DNA of 64,000 nucleotides from a virus. Positions 28,131-37,500 of this stretch are shown piece by piece; the stretch's first letter is position 1, and each line of letters begins with the position of its first letter. The stretch spans positions 77,738 through 141,737 of the IMG/VR virus record IMGVR_UViG_3300044692_000034; one strand, written 5' to 3'. The position numbers and the translations under genes are program-made. Below the pieces are notes generated by a model that was not told where the DNA came from, ran no database searches, and was given only the letters and a program-made list of their open reading frames with translations.

Positions 28131-28546
28131 AGCTTCGGCCCTGTGACCTTCTCGCTCGCGTACTGATGACATGTCAACGGCCCGGTGTAGTCCGGCGTCT
28201 TGATGAGCGGCGGGACGTGCGGGTACCGGCGCTGCGCGGCTGTAATCACGCGCGGCGGTACGTTGAGATCGCGGAGCAGGTTGATGGTCGCGTCCGTTTG
28301 CGCGTTCGTCCGCTCACATGCGTCGACGGTTTGGCTCCAGCGTTGGCCCTGGTACAGCATCGCTGAGATCACGAATGTCACGGCTGCAATGACGATCGCA
28401 GCGCATACTGCTTTGACGACCTTGCCGTACCTGGCGTCTAGGTCACGCCGATACGCGCCCATCGACGACACCAACTCGTCGATGCGGTCACGTTTCGCAC
28501 CATCTTGCCTGTCGTCTCCTGGTCCGGTCTTGATGTCGCGGCTCAC
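28127..28546 (-). CDS. Single-pass membrane protein (lysis cassette)
   Basis: One TM helix; ACERTN and C-terminal Cys. Confidence 0.65.
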   Translation of the reverse strand: MSRDIKTGPGDDRQDGAKRDRIDELVSSMGAYRRDLDARYGKVVKAVCAAIVIAAVTFVISAMLYQGQRWSQTVDACERTNAQTDATINLLRDLNVPPRVITAAQRRYPHVPPLIKTPDYTGPLTCHQYASEKVTGPKL

Positions 28547-28689
28547 TGTCGCCACCTCCGTAGCTCCATGACCACGCCCGGGACCAACAACAGGACTACG
28601 AACACGATGGCCCAGGATTCCATCGAGTCCGGAAAGGCTCTCCACAACAGGCCACACAGGGCGGTCACTCCCGTGAACCAGAAGGTCAT
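28543..28689 (-). CDS. Small membrane protein
   Basis: 48 aa, hydrophobic; ATGA and GTGA overlaps with neighbours. Confidence 0.5.
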   Translation of the reverse strand: MTFWFTGVTALCGLLWRAFPDSMESWAIVFVVLLLVPGVVMELRRWRQ

Positions 28690-28937
28690 ACCTTTAGTTC
28701 CTCTTCTAGGGCTGGCGGATCGGCCGGTGGGATAGGGGGCGCGGGCGGACGCCTTAGCTCGCCAAGCGCGTCCGCTCCCTGTCCCACGGCCAACAGCCCG
28801 CCAAACACGGTCACGAATAGTGGTTCGACGATATGGTCGGGGGTAACGACCCACACCACGAAGCAGGCGACCAAACCGATCATTCCGAACAGGCGCAGAC
28901 CGGCTGTGCTCCATTCGGACAGCGACTTGGGTGTCAT
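28686..28937 (-). CDS. Holin-like 2-TM protein
   Basis: Two TM segments, directly downstream of endolysin. Confidence 0.55.
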   Translation of the reverse strand: MTPKSLSEWSTAGLRLFGMIGLVACFVVWVVTPDHIVEPLFVTVFGGLLAVGQGADALGELRRPPAPPIPPADPPALEEELKV

Positions 28938-29002
28938 TACCCGTCGTGATGGCGACTCCTTCACCGTTTCCCCCTGACACCGGACTTATCCCCCTCGACT
29001 GC

Positions 29003-29815
29003 CTACCGGCAGTATTCGTGGCGGCGGTCGGCCGCGCGCTCCTTCTCGACGGCGTTGCGCTTCTCCGGGTTGCGGATGAGGTTCTGGATGTTGCTGCTCA
29101 TCCCGCCGGAGACGTTGTCAGCCTGACTGCTGCCGATGCCGAGGATGTACGCCGCCCAGGCGCCGTTCTGCTTCGTCTCGGTGCCGTACGTGCCGTCGAC
29201 GGTGACGCGACGGTCCTTGCGGCCGCAGCCATCTGCGCGGTCGTTGATGGACTCTTGGAGCGCCGAGACGTCCCGGCCTGTCATGCCAAGAGTCAGGTTC
29301 CGGTACGCCGCCTCCTGCGGGTACGGGACTCGCACGGCGCCCACCACCAGCGTGCGCGAGCGGGTGCGCTTGTACACGCCGCCGCCGTTGTTCTGGGAGC
29401 CGGCGGCCCCTGCGCTCGTGTTGCCCTCGATGCACGTGACGGTGGTGCTCGTCTTGCTCACGAGCACACCGACGTGGTCGGAGGGGTCATGGCTCACGCC
29501 CGGCCACTTGAAGTAGATGAAGTCGCCGGGTTGCGCGTCGTCGACATGGATGGGTCGGTAGTCGCCGAACCCGTTCATGACGTCCGGCGTGAAGCCCGTC
29601 GTGATCTGCTTGCAGCCGCCGTGCACCGCGACAGCGTTCGCGAAGCACTGGCACCACGGCACGCCCACGGCCGCGTTCTTCACCCACGGGTAGCCGGAGT
29701 CGATCTCCCACTGCGTGATGCCGTCCTGCCCGGGTCCCTTGTTCGAGCCGGGCGGGCTCTCCACGACCTTGTTGACGCGGTTGCTTGCCCACTCGAGGGC
29801 GTGACTGGCGCTCAC
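29003..29815 (-). CDS. Endolysin (CHAP domain + peptidoglycan-binding domain)
   Basis: E.P.GSN, PWCQCF, QPGD, DHVGV, IEGNTS; L.LGM.G.DV.ALQ...VDG.YG..T. Confidence 0.9.
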   Translation of the reverse strand: MSASHALEWASNRVNKVVESPPGSNKGPGQDGITQWEIDSGYPWVKNAAVGVPWCQCFANAVAVHGGCKQITTGFTPDVMNGFGDYRPIHVDDAQPGDFIYFKWPGVSHDPSDHVGVLVSKTSTTVTCIEGNTSAGAAGSQNNGGGVYKRTRSRTLVVGAVRVPYPQEAAYRNLTLGMTGRDVSALQESINDRADGCGRKDRRVTVDGTYGTETKQNGAWAAYILGIGSSQADNVSGGMSSNIQNLIRNPEKRNAVEKERAADRRHEYCR

Positions 29816-30363
29816 GGTGCCACCCCCGCCCACTCCGGCGGCTTCTCGCTCGGCGGGACGCTACCGGCCGGTACCTCGAGCGACAGGTCCGTGGGCGCAC
29901 CGATGACGGGTTCCGTGGGCGCGCTGGACGGAACGGGAGCCGACGAATGCGGAGCCATGTCGTCGGCTGCTCGCGTTGTCTGCGCGCGCTTCCGTTCGCC
30001 GTCGAGGTAGTCAGCCAAGACCATGCGCATGACGCCCTCGACGTCGCCGAGGTTGGGGTACGCCGTCTGCTGCACATGACCGACGAGCGGTTCGAGCGCG
30101 TGCGTCGTCAGCTCTGTCGTGGGTGGCGCTGACTGCGCGGCGATGGCGAGGTTGGCCTGCTTGTAGCGGCCGATCATCGTCACGACGGCGAGGACGATGG
30201 AGATCGTCCCGCCGCCTACGGTGCCGAGCGTCTGCTGCGAATGGTCACCGAAGATGAACGCGAGCACGGCTGCGGCGAATCCGCCGGCCGTGAACGTGAT
30301 GCCGAGCTTGGTTGCGACTCCGATGACTCGCTGCTCGGGGGTTTGCGTGTCCTGAACAGACAC
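29812..30363 (-). CDS. Holin-like membrane protein
   Basis: Two N-terminal TM helices, immediately upstream of endolysin. Confidence 0.6.
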   Translation of the reverse strand: MSVQDTQTPEQRVIGVATKLGITFTAGGFAAAVLAFIFGDHSQQTLGTVGGGTISIVLAVVTMIGRYKQANLAIAAQSAPPTTELTTHALEPLVGHVQQTAYPNLGDVEGVMRMVLADYLDGERKRAQTTRAADDMAPHSSAPVPSSAPTEPVIGAPTDLSLEVPAGSVPPSEKPPEWAGVAP

Positions 30364-30390
30364 GAGACTGGTCCTCCTCTGTAGTTTTGG

Positions 30391-32466
30391 TCATATCGAC
30401 TTCTGGCCTGTTACGACCGCTAGGCGCTGGAGTAGCGCTTCGAAGCCCTCGCGGTTTTCGTCGAGGGACACGCTCGCTGTGAGCGTGTCGTGCGTGTAGG
30501 AGACGGCCGCGATCGTCCCATCGCGGCCCCACCCGCCGGTGTCGGGGTCGATCCTGTGGGAACAGCGAACGAGTTCTCCAACGACGAGGTGTGCCGGGTC
30601 AATCGAGACGCCCGTGAAGATGTCGCGGACACCGCCGAGCCCCACAGCCTGGAACGACCCCTTGAATGGAATGGTCCGGTTTGACTGCAGGAACAGGTCT
30701 CCGATCCGGGCTCCCACAGCGGTGGTAATAGCCGAAGACGCCTCCAGGATTTTTGTGCGCCTAAACCCTCGGCGGTCCATGAGAGTGCCAGTCGCAACTG
30801 CCAAGTACAGGTCATCGACGTACATGGCGATGCCGCTTGTCGGCCCCTCCACGAAGACGTCGAATTCGTACGGGCCGTCGTTAGCAACAAAAACAAAGTC
30901 GACTTTTGTCCAGGTGTTGAGAGGAAGGTCGGCGTTGCCGAGCAGAAGGGTCCTGTCTGGATCTTCGTCGAACGGGAACATTGTCAACCCGACTGACGTG
31001 ACTGACACGGTGCGGTAGAGCCAGATGGACAGCTGGTATGACAGCCCAGGTGTCAACGTCGGGAACGTTGTCCCGGCGTCGACTCCGCTTGCTCCTGCTG
31101 TCATACGTAGGCTGTTCGAGCCCGTGTGCTTCTGCGTGGTGCTCTGCGCGATAGTGCCTGTGTCCTGAGACCAGCCCGTGGGCACGCCGCCGGTAGCGGA
31201 CTCCATGCTCGGGTTAGATATGGCCGGCCCGTCCGCCCATGGCGGCCCGGCCTGCGTGCGCTTGACAGACACGGGGTTACCGTCCGGTCCTGTGCCTTCG
31301 ACGATGACGCGGTTGTAGAGGTCTTCGCCGGAGTTAGCGGAGGCATCTTGGAAGTCCGTCCCGCGCCACTCGCCGATCTCGTAGACCGGCACGCTCTGCC
31401 TCGGCTTGAACCGCAGTTTACGACCAGGCACGACACGAATGTCGAAGTTTTCGTACGCGTTTACGGCCGTAATGACCTCTCGTGGTGTGTGCGCTCCGTC
31501 CATCGACAACTCAGGGATGTTGAACGTCCCTGAGTCGATATCGGACAAATCAGCGGAGAGCAACGGGGCGGCCTGCGTCAACGCATCTTTGATGACAGTG
31601 CCAGCGCGCAAGACGCTCTGCCCGCCACTTTCGTATGCCTTCTTCGCAAAGATACGAATCCCGGAGATTTGGACCGTCAGATCGACTGTGGGTGTTATGA
31701 CGCTTGCGTTACCTGCTCTTAGATCGATAGCGATAGCGCGTACTGGCGCACTGCTGTAGTCGAGGTCAGATGTGTCGCTTGAAACACCAGACGTGAAGTG
31801 CGCGAACCGCACCGTGTTGGTCGTGAAATCGTAATCGGCTGGATCATCCTGGCCTGTAATGTTCACATCGACGTCAACGGTTCCGAATCCGCTTGTAAGC
31901 GCCCAATCGATCGAAACGTATTCGATCAGCAAGTCTTCGCCCATGTCGAACACAGCTCCGCATGGGTCGCGCAGTAGGCCGGTGCCGTCGATGGCTGTGT
32001 TAGCCGGGCGCGTGATACTCAGACCCGCGTCACCGGCCTGAACCTGGCCAGCCGCATGGAACTCGTACAGCGGTGCCGTGACGCTTGCGCGTACGTCCTG
32101 GAAGGAGCTGAGCCTCGTGTGGACGTATCGCATGTAGTAAACGTCGTCGTCAAGGTGGTACTGCCAGCCTTCGCACTGCACGCTGATCTGCGGGTTCTCG
32201 CCATCGTCGATCGGCGTTTCTTTGATGCGGCCGTCCCACACGACCCTGCCGCCCACTTCGATCTCGACGGGCGTGAACGTGCCTAGGTCGGGGTAGATGC
32301 CGCGCGGGTCGCGCTTCAGGATGAACGAGGCCGTATCCGGCCCCATCGCGTTGAACGTGAACTGAACCTGTTCGGGGAGGACGCCGCGATAGCGATCGAT
32401 CCCCATTGTCTCCCAGGTCCCGTTGAACGCCTCAACACGAACGGCAATGGAGTGCGGATCGTTCAT
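30391..32466 (-). CDS. Minor tail / baseplate hub protein with carbohydrate-binding module
   Basis: VVWDGRI, VQCEGW, YNRVIVEG; NPSME..PTGW...HTGSNSLR CBM-like insert. Confidence 0.75.
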   Translation of the reverse strand: MNDPHSIAVRVEAFNGTWETMGIDRYRGVLPEQVQFTFNAMGPDTASFILKRDPRGIYPDLGTFTPVEIEVGGRVVWDGRIKETPIDDGENPQISVQCEGWQYHLDDDVYYMRYVHTRLSSFQDVRASVTAPLYEFHAAGQVQAGDAGLSITRPANTAIDGTGLLRDPCGAVFDMGEDLLIEYVSIDWALTSGFGTVDVDVNITGQDDPADYDFTTNTVRFAHFTSGVSSDTSDLDYSSAPVRAIAIDLRAGNASVITPTVDLTVQISGIRIFAKKAYESGGQSVLRAGTVIKDALTQAAPLLSADLSDIDSGTFNIPELSMDGAHTPREVITAVNAYENFDIRVVPGRKLRFKPRQSVPVYEIGEWRGTDFQDASANSGEDLYNRVIVEGTGPDGNPVSVKRTQAGPPWADGPAISNPSMESATGGVPTGWSQDTGTIAQSTTQKHTGSNSLRMTAGASGVDAGTTFPTLTPGLSYQLSIWLYRTVSVTSVGLTMFPFDEDPDRTLLLGNADLPLNTWTKVDFVFVANDGPYEFDVFVEGPTSGIAMYVDDLYLAVATGTLMDRRGFRRTKILEASSAITTAVGARIGDLFLQSNRTIPFKGSFQAVGLGGVRDIFTGVSIDPAHLVVGELVRCSHRIDPDTGGWGRDGTIAAVSYTHDTLTASVSLDENREGFEALLQRLAVVTGQKSI

Positions 32467-34571
32467 TACGGCGTTCGGAGGAGGAACGACCGGGGAACGA
32501 CGTCGACCTGAAGGCACCCTGAGTACGATGCCTGGTCTGAACCGGTCGTGGAGTCAGGGTTGTCAGGGACGAGGTTCGATGGCTTGATGAACCACTGCAC
32601 GAGCCCGGGGGGTGGCTCGATGAGCGTGCCGCCGAGCCCCGTGTCTCGCTGCCCGGCGGGCCACGGCCTACTCAGTGCGGAGTTGTACGTGATGCCGGCA
32701 AGGTCCCAAGTCAACTTCTTGGTGATCTCGTTATTCGTCCGGACCCACGACGGGTACACGCCTCCTTGCGTCGATTTGGCTGTCGGGCCAAGAGCCCGTT
32801 GCCTGATCGGCACGCAGATGATGTAGTTGATGCCGAAGTTGCCGGTGGATCCCGCACCGACAGACCCTTGGAGGTCAAGTATGACGCCGGATGGCTCGAC
32901 AGGATCACAGAACAGCGTGATCGTGCCTATACGCGTCAGCCTGTACACGTCCCCAGACGAAGGCGTGACGACCGGCGATCCTTCTGTGCCGTATTCGTCT
33001 GTGTAGACCGTTGCGCCGTACGAGGCAACGGTCGGTTTCGCCGACAACATCATCGTCGGGTTGACTAGTCCGGGGTTGAGCTTGAGTCCAGCCCAGACCT
33101 CAAGAATCAGGTCATGCTGCGTGAAGTCGTCTGGAGACAGCAGCGACGGCGTAACGTTCCACGTAGCGTGAACCGTGGTAGCGCCCGACACATTGACCTC
33201 GGCGACACTGCCCCTGAATGCATTTGCGTCACTAGTTGACGTCAGGCCGCTCAGAGTCCTCCCGTTGATTGCAGAGTCCTCGGCTATCAGTAGCCCGAAC
33301 GGGACCCTGTTGATACCGAAGTCCGTCTGAGCCCAGCTCACGAGCATGAATGCAGGCGGGTCGTCAGCAGTCTGCGACGTGATAAGTAGGTCTGCCTTCG
33401 CCGGGGCGGTACCGGGGATCTCGTTACCGAACCACGAGTACGTCGGAACGAACCCGGCGGGGTCGAACGGCAAGAACTGATTTGCCGAAACGAACGGGCA
33501 GAATTCGAAGTAGTTGATCTTTCCGCCCGTTGACCCCGGCTCCCAGGAGAATCCGATCCCCCCTTCGGGCATGGCAACCTTTTCGGTTGGCGACAGCGTG
33601 TACCCAGTTCCGCCGGTGGCAGCGTACGTCGTGACCGGAGTAGGAAGCCCTGTCTTCCAGAACGACAAGATGAAACCGTCCTGGGATGCCTGTGCCAGAA
33701 GCCAACAGGTCGTGTTCGCCGGAATCCCCGAAAGAATGTTCACCGTCGCCCTATTGACGCGAACGTTGTTAGTTACTACGTCGATTTTGATCGCACCAGG
33801 GCCGGCGCCCGTGTAGTCGGCGTAAAGCTCTATGAATGTCACAGCCGACACGATGCGCATGGCAATCCCTGCCTTCCATGACGCGTTCATCACGGGCGGC
33901 GTTGTAAAGCTGAGTAGGGCTTGACCCTCTCTCCACGTGTAGCCTCGCGCGGTGTGCCTGAGGCGCCGGTATTCAGTTGATGTCGATCCGGCATCGACGA
34001 GGGTTCCGTTCGAGACCAGCGTGTGCTCTGGGGTGCCGGCATCGAACACGTAGTCATCGAGGATGTCGTCGTATGCGAAGCGGTCGCGGATCGTGCATGG
34101 CGCCCACAGGCCAAGCGGTTCCGTAGGGAACGTGATCGCGACGCGCATCGAGTTCGTCTGCACGAATTCGACGGGGTTGTACGCGGGTGACCACGTACCG
34201 GGACCCATGATGACGAAGAACGTCGAAAGGCCGCCCTCTGGAGCCCATTCGACCATCCTCCCTACGGCTGCGCTGTTCATGACGCGCAGGAGCGTCTCAA
34301 CGTTGGCTGTGGCCTGCGCCAACGTATTCCCCTTGACGTACGCGGTCCAGGCGATAGCGCCGTTGTCGTGTGTCTCGCCTACGCTCAGAGACCCTCCGTA
34401 CCGACGCGAGCGGGAGCTGTTCTGCTGCGTGCTCACACCGGGCGTGAAGGTGAAACCAGCGTCCCTGTCTCTGAAGTATCCGGTTGCGGAACCGGAGGCA
34501 GAGTTTAGGTCTAGGAGCGGAACGACTCGGCCGCCGCCATCAACGGTGACCACGCGAAGTGTGTCGGCCAC
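32466..34571 (-). CDS. Minor tail protein (distal tail/Dit-like)
   Basis: Immediately after tape measure; IPGTAPA motif. Confidence 0.7.
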   Translation of the reverse strand: MADTLRVVTVDGGGRVVPLLDLNSASGSATGYFRDRDAGFTFTPGVSTQQNSSRSRRYGGSLSVGETHDNGAIAWTAYVKGNTLAQATANVETLLRVMNSAAVGRMVEWAPEGGLSTFFVIMGPGTWSPAYNPVEFVQTNSMRVAITFPTEPLGLWAPCTIRDRFAYDDILDDYVFDAGTPEHTLVSNGTLVDAGSTSTEYRRLRHTARGYTWREGQALLSFTTPPVMNASWKAGIAMRIVSAVTFIELYADYTGAGPGAIKIDVVTNNVRVNRATVNILSGIPANTTCWLLAQASQDGFILSFWKTGLPTPVTTYAATGGTGYTLSPTEKVAMPEGGIGFSWEPGSTGGKINYFEFCPFVSANQFLPFDPAGFVPTYSWFGNEIPGTAPAKADLLITSQTADDPPAFMLVSWAQTDFGINRVPFGLLIAEDSAINGRTLSGLTSTSDANAFRGSVAEVNVSGATTVHATWNVTPSLLSPDDFTQHDLILEVWAGLKLNPGLVNPTMMLSAKPTVASYGATVYTDEYGTEGSPVVTPSSGDVYRLTRIGTITLFCDPVEPSGVILDLQGSVGAGSTGNFGINYIICVPIRQRALGPTAKSTQGGVYPSWVRTNNEITKKLTWDLAGITYNSALSRPWPAGQRDTGLGGTLIEPPPGLVQWFIKPSNLVPDNPDSTTGSDQASYSGCLQVDVVPRSFLLRTP

Positions 34572-37500
34572 TACACCACCCCGAGGCTGATACGAGACGC
34601 CGAACGAGAACCCTGATAGCCGAGCCCGCTTGTCACGGTCTTTCCGATTTGCGTCAGCATGGCGGGGTCGCCTGGTGTCAGCGTGTTGATGTTGTTCACA
34701 ATGGTTGTGCCGCTGCCAGTGCCGCCGAAGAGGTCGACGCCCATGGCTGCGGCCTTGCCGGCGAGCGCCGGAGAGACAGACGGAACGTTCGGGCCGCCGT
34801 AAGCGCCCACCGAATTCGGGTTGTTGACACCGCCGAGCACACCGACGCCCGACTGGTTGATATATCCGCCGTAGCCGACGATCTGCTGGAGCCGGTTAGC
34901 TTGGTCGAGTTGCGCTTGCTGGTCGGCTGTGAGCCCTGTCGTTTCGGTTGTGTCGGGGGGCTGCTGCTTCGAGTCTTCGTAGTTCTGGTCTTGGATCGAC
35001 CGGTCCGGTGCTGTCATGGCGACGCTCTGGCGCTCTTGCGCAATGTCAAGAACGTCGAGGCGTGCATCTTCGATGTCGAACGGCAAATCGCCGGCAATGT
35101 CCTGCCAGTTCTTCATGTTCGCCTTGTAGTGGCTGATGCTGGCGCGGATCCCGGAGCGGTCCTTTTGCTTGGCGTGCGTGAGAGAGTTCGTCAGATTCGT
35201 GATGATCGTGTCGTACGTTGCGATGATGCGCTTGACGACGTTGTATGCCTCTTCGAGCTTGTGCCAGATCGCGATGCGCAGGTTGTAGAGGTCGGTCAGC
35301 TCATTGACGCGCTGGTTGACCTCGTCGACGTTCACGTCTCCGGTCGTCTCGTTGACGAACGTCTCCTGACTCTGGCCGTACGCGCGGTCCTTCTGCGTGT
35401 ACTGCTTCTGCATCGTGTCAAGCTGCGCCTGAACCTTGTTGTACGCCGTGATGTTGTCGCCTGTGACCTTCCTCAGGGAACCCACGCTGTACGGGTTTCT
35501 CGCGCCACTCGTTCCGAGCACGCCACCGGCTGCGAACTTACGAACCTTTCCGCCCATTGCACGTCGCATAGCCCCACCACGCGCCATGAACTGACGAGCT
35601 TGAGATGCAACCTGGTCGTAGCGTGCGGGGAAGGCGCTGCGCTGCACGGCTTGCGCGAGCGAGCCCGCCGAGCCACGCCACGGCCGGTGCGACTCCGCAG
35701 CCCTGAAGTAGTCCTCCGCCGCGAGGAGCGGGATGCCGGCATGCTTCCAGCCTTGCGACGGCCGCTGCTGGAACACGCCGATGGAGTCGCGGTCGCCGTA
35801 ACCGAGGTTCTGGACGCCGGACTCAACGATTGCTGCTTCCCATCCCGACAGCTGCTCAACCGGTGACGCCTTAGTGACCTGGATGGCCTTGCGAATCGCT
35901 GCGACGACAGCCGGGTCCGGGTGGATCTTGCCGCCATCTCCAGAGAACGAACCCGTCACGCCACCCGAGGCGGACGCTGACGCCAGAACGCGGTTCGCTA
36001 CGCCAGTAGCCACCTTCAAGACCTGGTTGGCGAGCGCGCCAACCGCACCACCATTCTTGACCTTCGGCTGCGGTACACGTGGGAGTGCCGCTGCGGCGCC
36101 TGCGCTCGTGGCCGAGCTGGCATCCACGCCCATCACGGTGCCCTTGTCCTCGCCCTCGTGGATGTGGTCAGGCGTTCCGCCCGGATAGTCGCCGACAGTG
36201 CCGAGGTTCTGGCCACGACTCACACGCTGGCCGACCTTCACGGCCCTGGACCCGAAGTGCGTCAGGAAGTACGTGGCTTTGTTGTCGCCGCTCAGGTACA
36301 TGGACCAGCCGAACGGACCTCCGGCGCCCTCGTACGCGCCTGCGCTCGGGCTACGGCCACTGAACCGCGCGATGGTGCCGCCAACCGGCGCGCCCACCCG
36401 CTCACCCGGCTTGCCGAAGACGTCAATGGCCGGATAGCCGGGCAGACCGGCCGTCTGGTGCGTCGGCGTGAAGCTGGCTGGAAGCTGGAGCATGCCGCCA
36501 CCGGCGTAGTGCCGCATGCCAGAGCCCCACAGTTGCGAGAGGCTGCCCCAGGGGAGTCCGCCTGCCGCCTGAGTAAACCCGAGCGCGTAGTCCAGGATTT
36601 GCATCTGCGGCTCGTTGACGACGCCTTCGGTGCCGCTCATGGCTGCGACCGGACGCCCTGTGGGGTCGAGCAGGATGTGGTCGTCTGCGCTGGAGCCGCC
36701 GTAGGGGCTTGCCATGCCGCCGTGCGCGTTGGCTTTGACGCGCGGCTGCGTGCCGGTTCCGGTGGGGCCGGCGCTGCCTTCCTCGGGGCCACCAATGTAC
36801 GACTGCCCCTTGACAATGTTCTTGGCTTCGCTGATGGAGAATCCGTAGACCTCCATCTCCTGCTCAAGGTACTGTCGGACCTGCGTGAGCCCCGCCTTGG
36901 TCGTCTTACCGGCCCGGTCCATCTGCTTCTTGATGGCGTCGGCTGCGGCGGAGAAGTTGGAGGCGAGTTTGTCTTTGCCTTGCGCGCTGAACGAGTCGAG
37001 GTCGTCGCGCACGAGCGTCATGTTCTGTTGAACGAACTTGTGGATCTGCTCCGTGCCGTCCTTGGCGCTGATCGAACCGTCGTGCATGCCGTCTTTGACG
37101 GCCTTGATCCCAATGCCGATGTTCTTTGACATCGCCTCGGACCACGACTGCGAGCCCTGCTGGAACGCCTTGTTGATCTCGTCCGTGTTGAACTTGATGT
37201 TGTCGCGGAGGTCCTTGATGTTGAGGACGCCCTGCTCACGGATCTTGTTGAAGTTCCCGAACAGCTCCGCTGCGGCACGCGGGTCGAGGATGTCCTGCGC
37301 GCGGATCTGCTTGAACGCTCGCGGGAACCTGCCGAACTGGTCCTGAATCCCCTGGATCGTCGGCTTCAGGTTCTCGAATTGCTTCTGGAGGTCCTTGAGG
37401 GTCGACTTGTTGAGCTTCTGGATCTCGTCAACGCTGAGCCCGAGGACCCTGCTCAACGCCGAGAGGTCCTCGTTACCTGCCTTGCCGGCGATTGCGCGGG

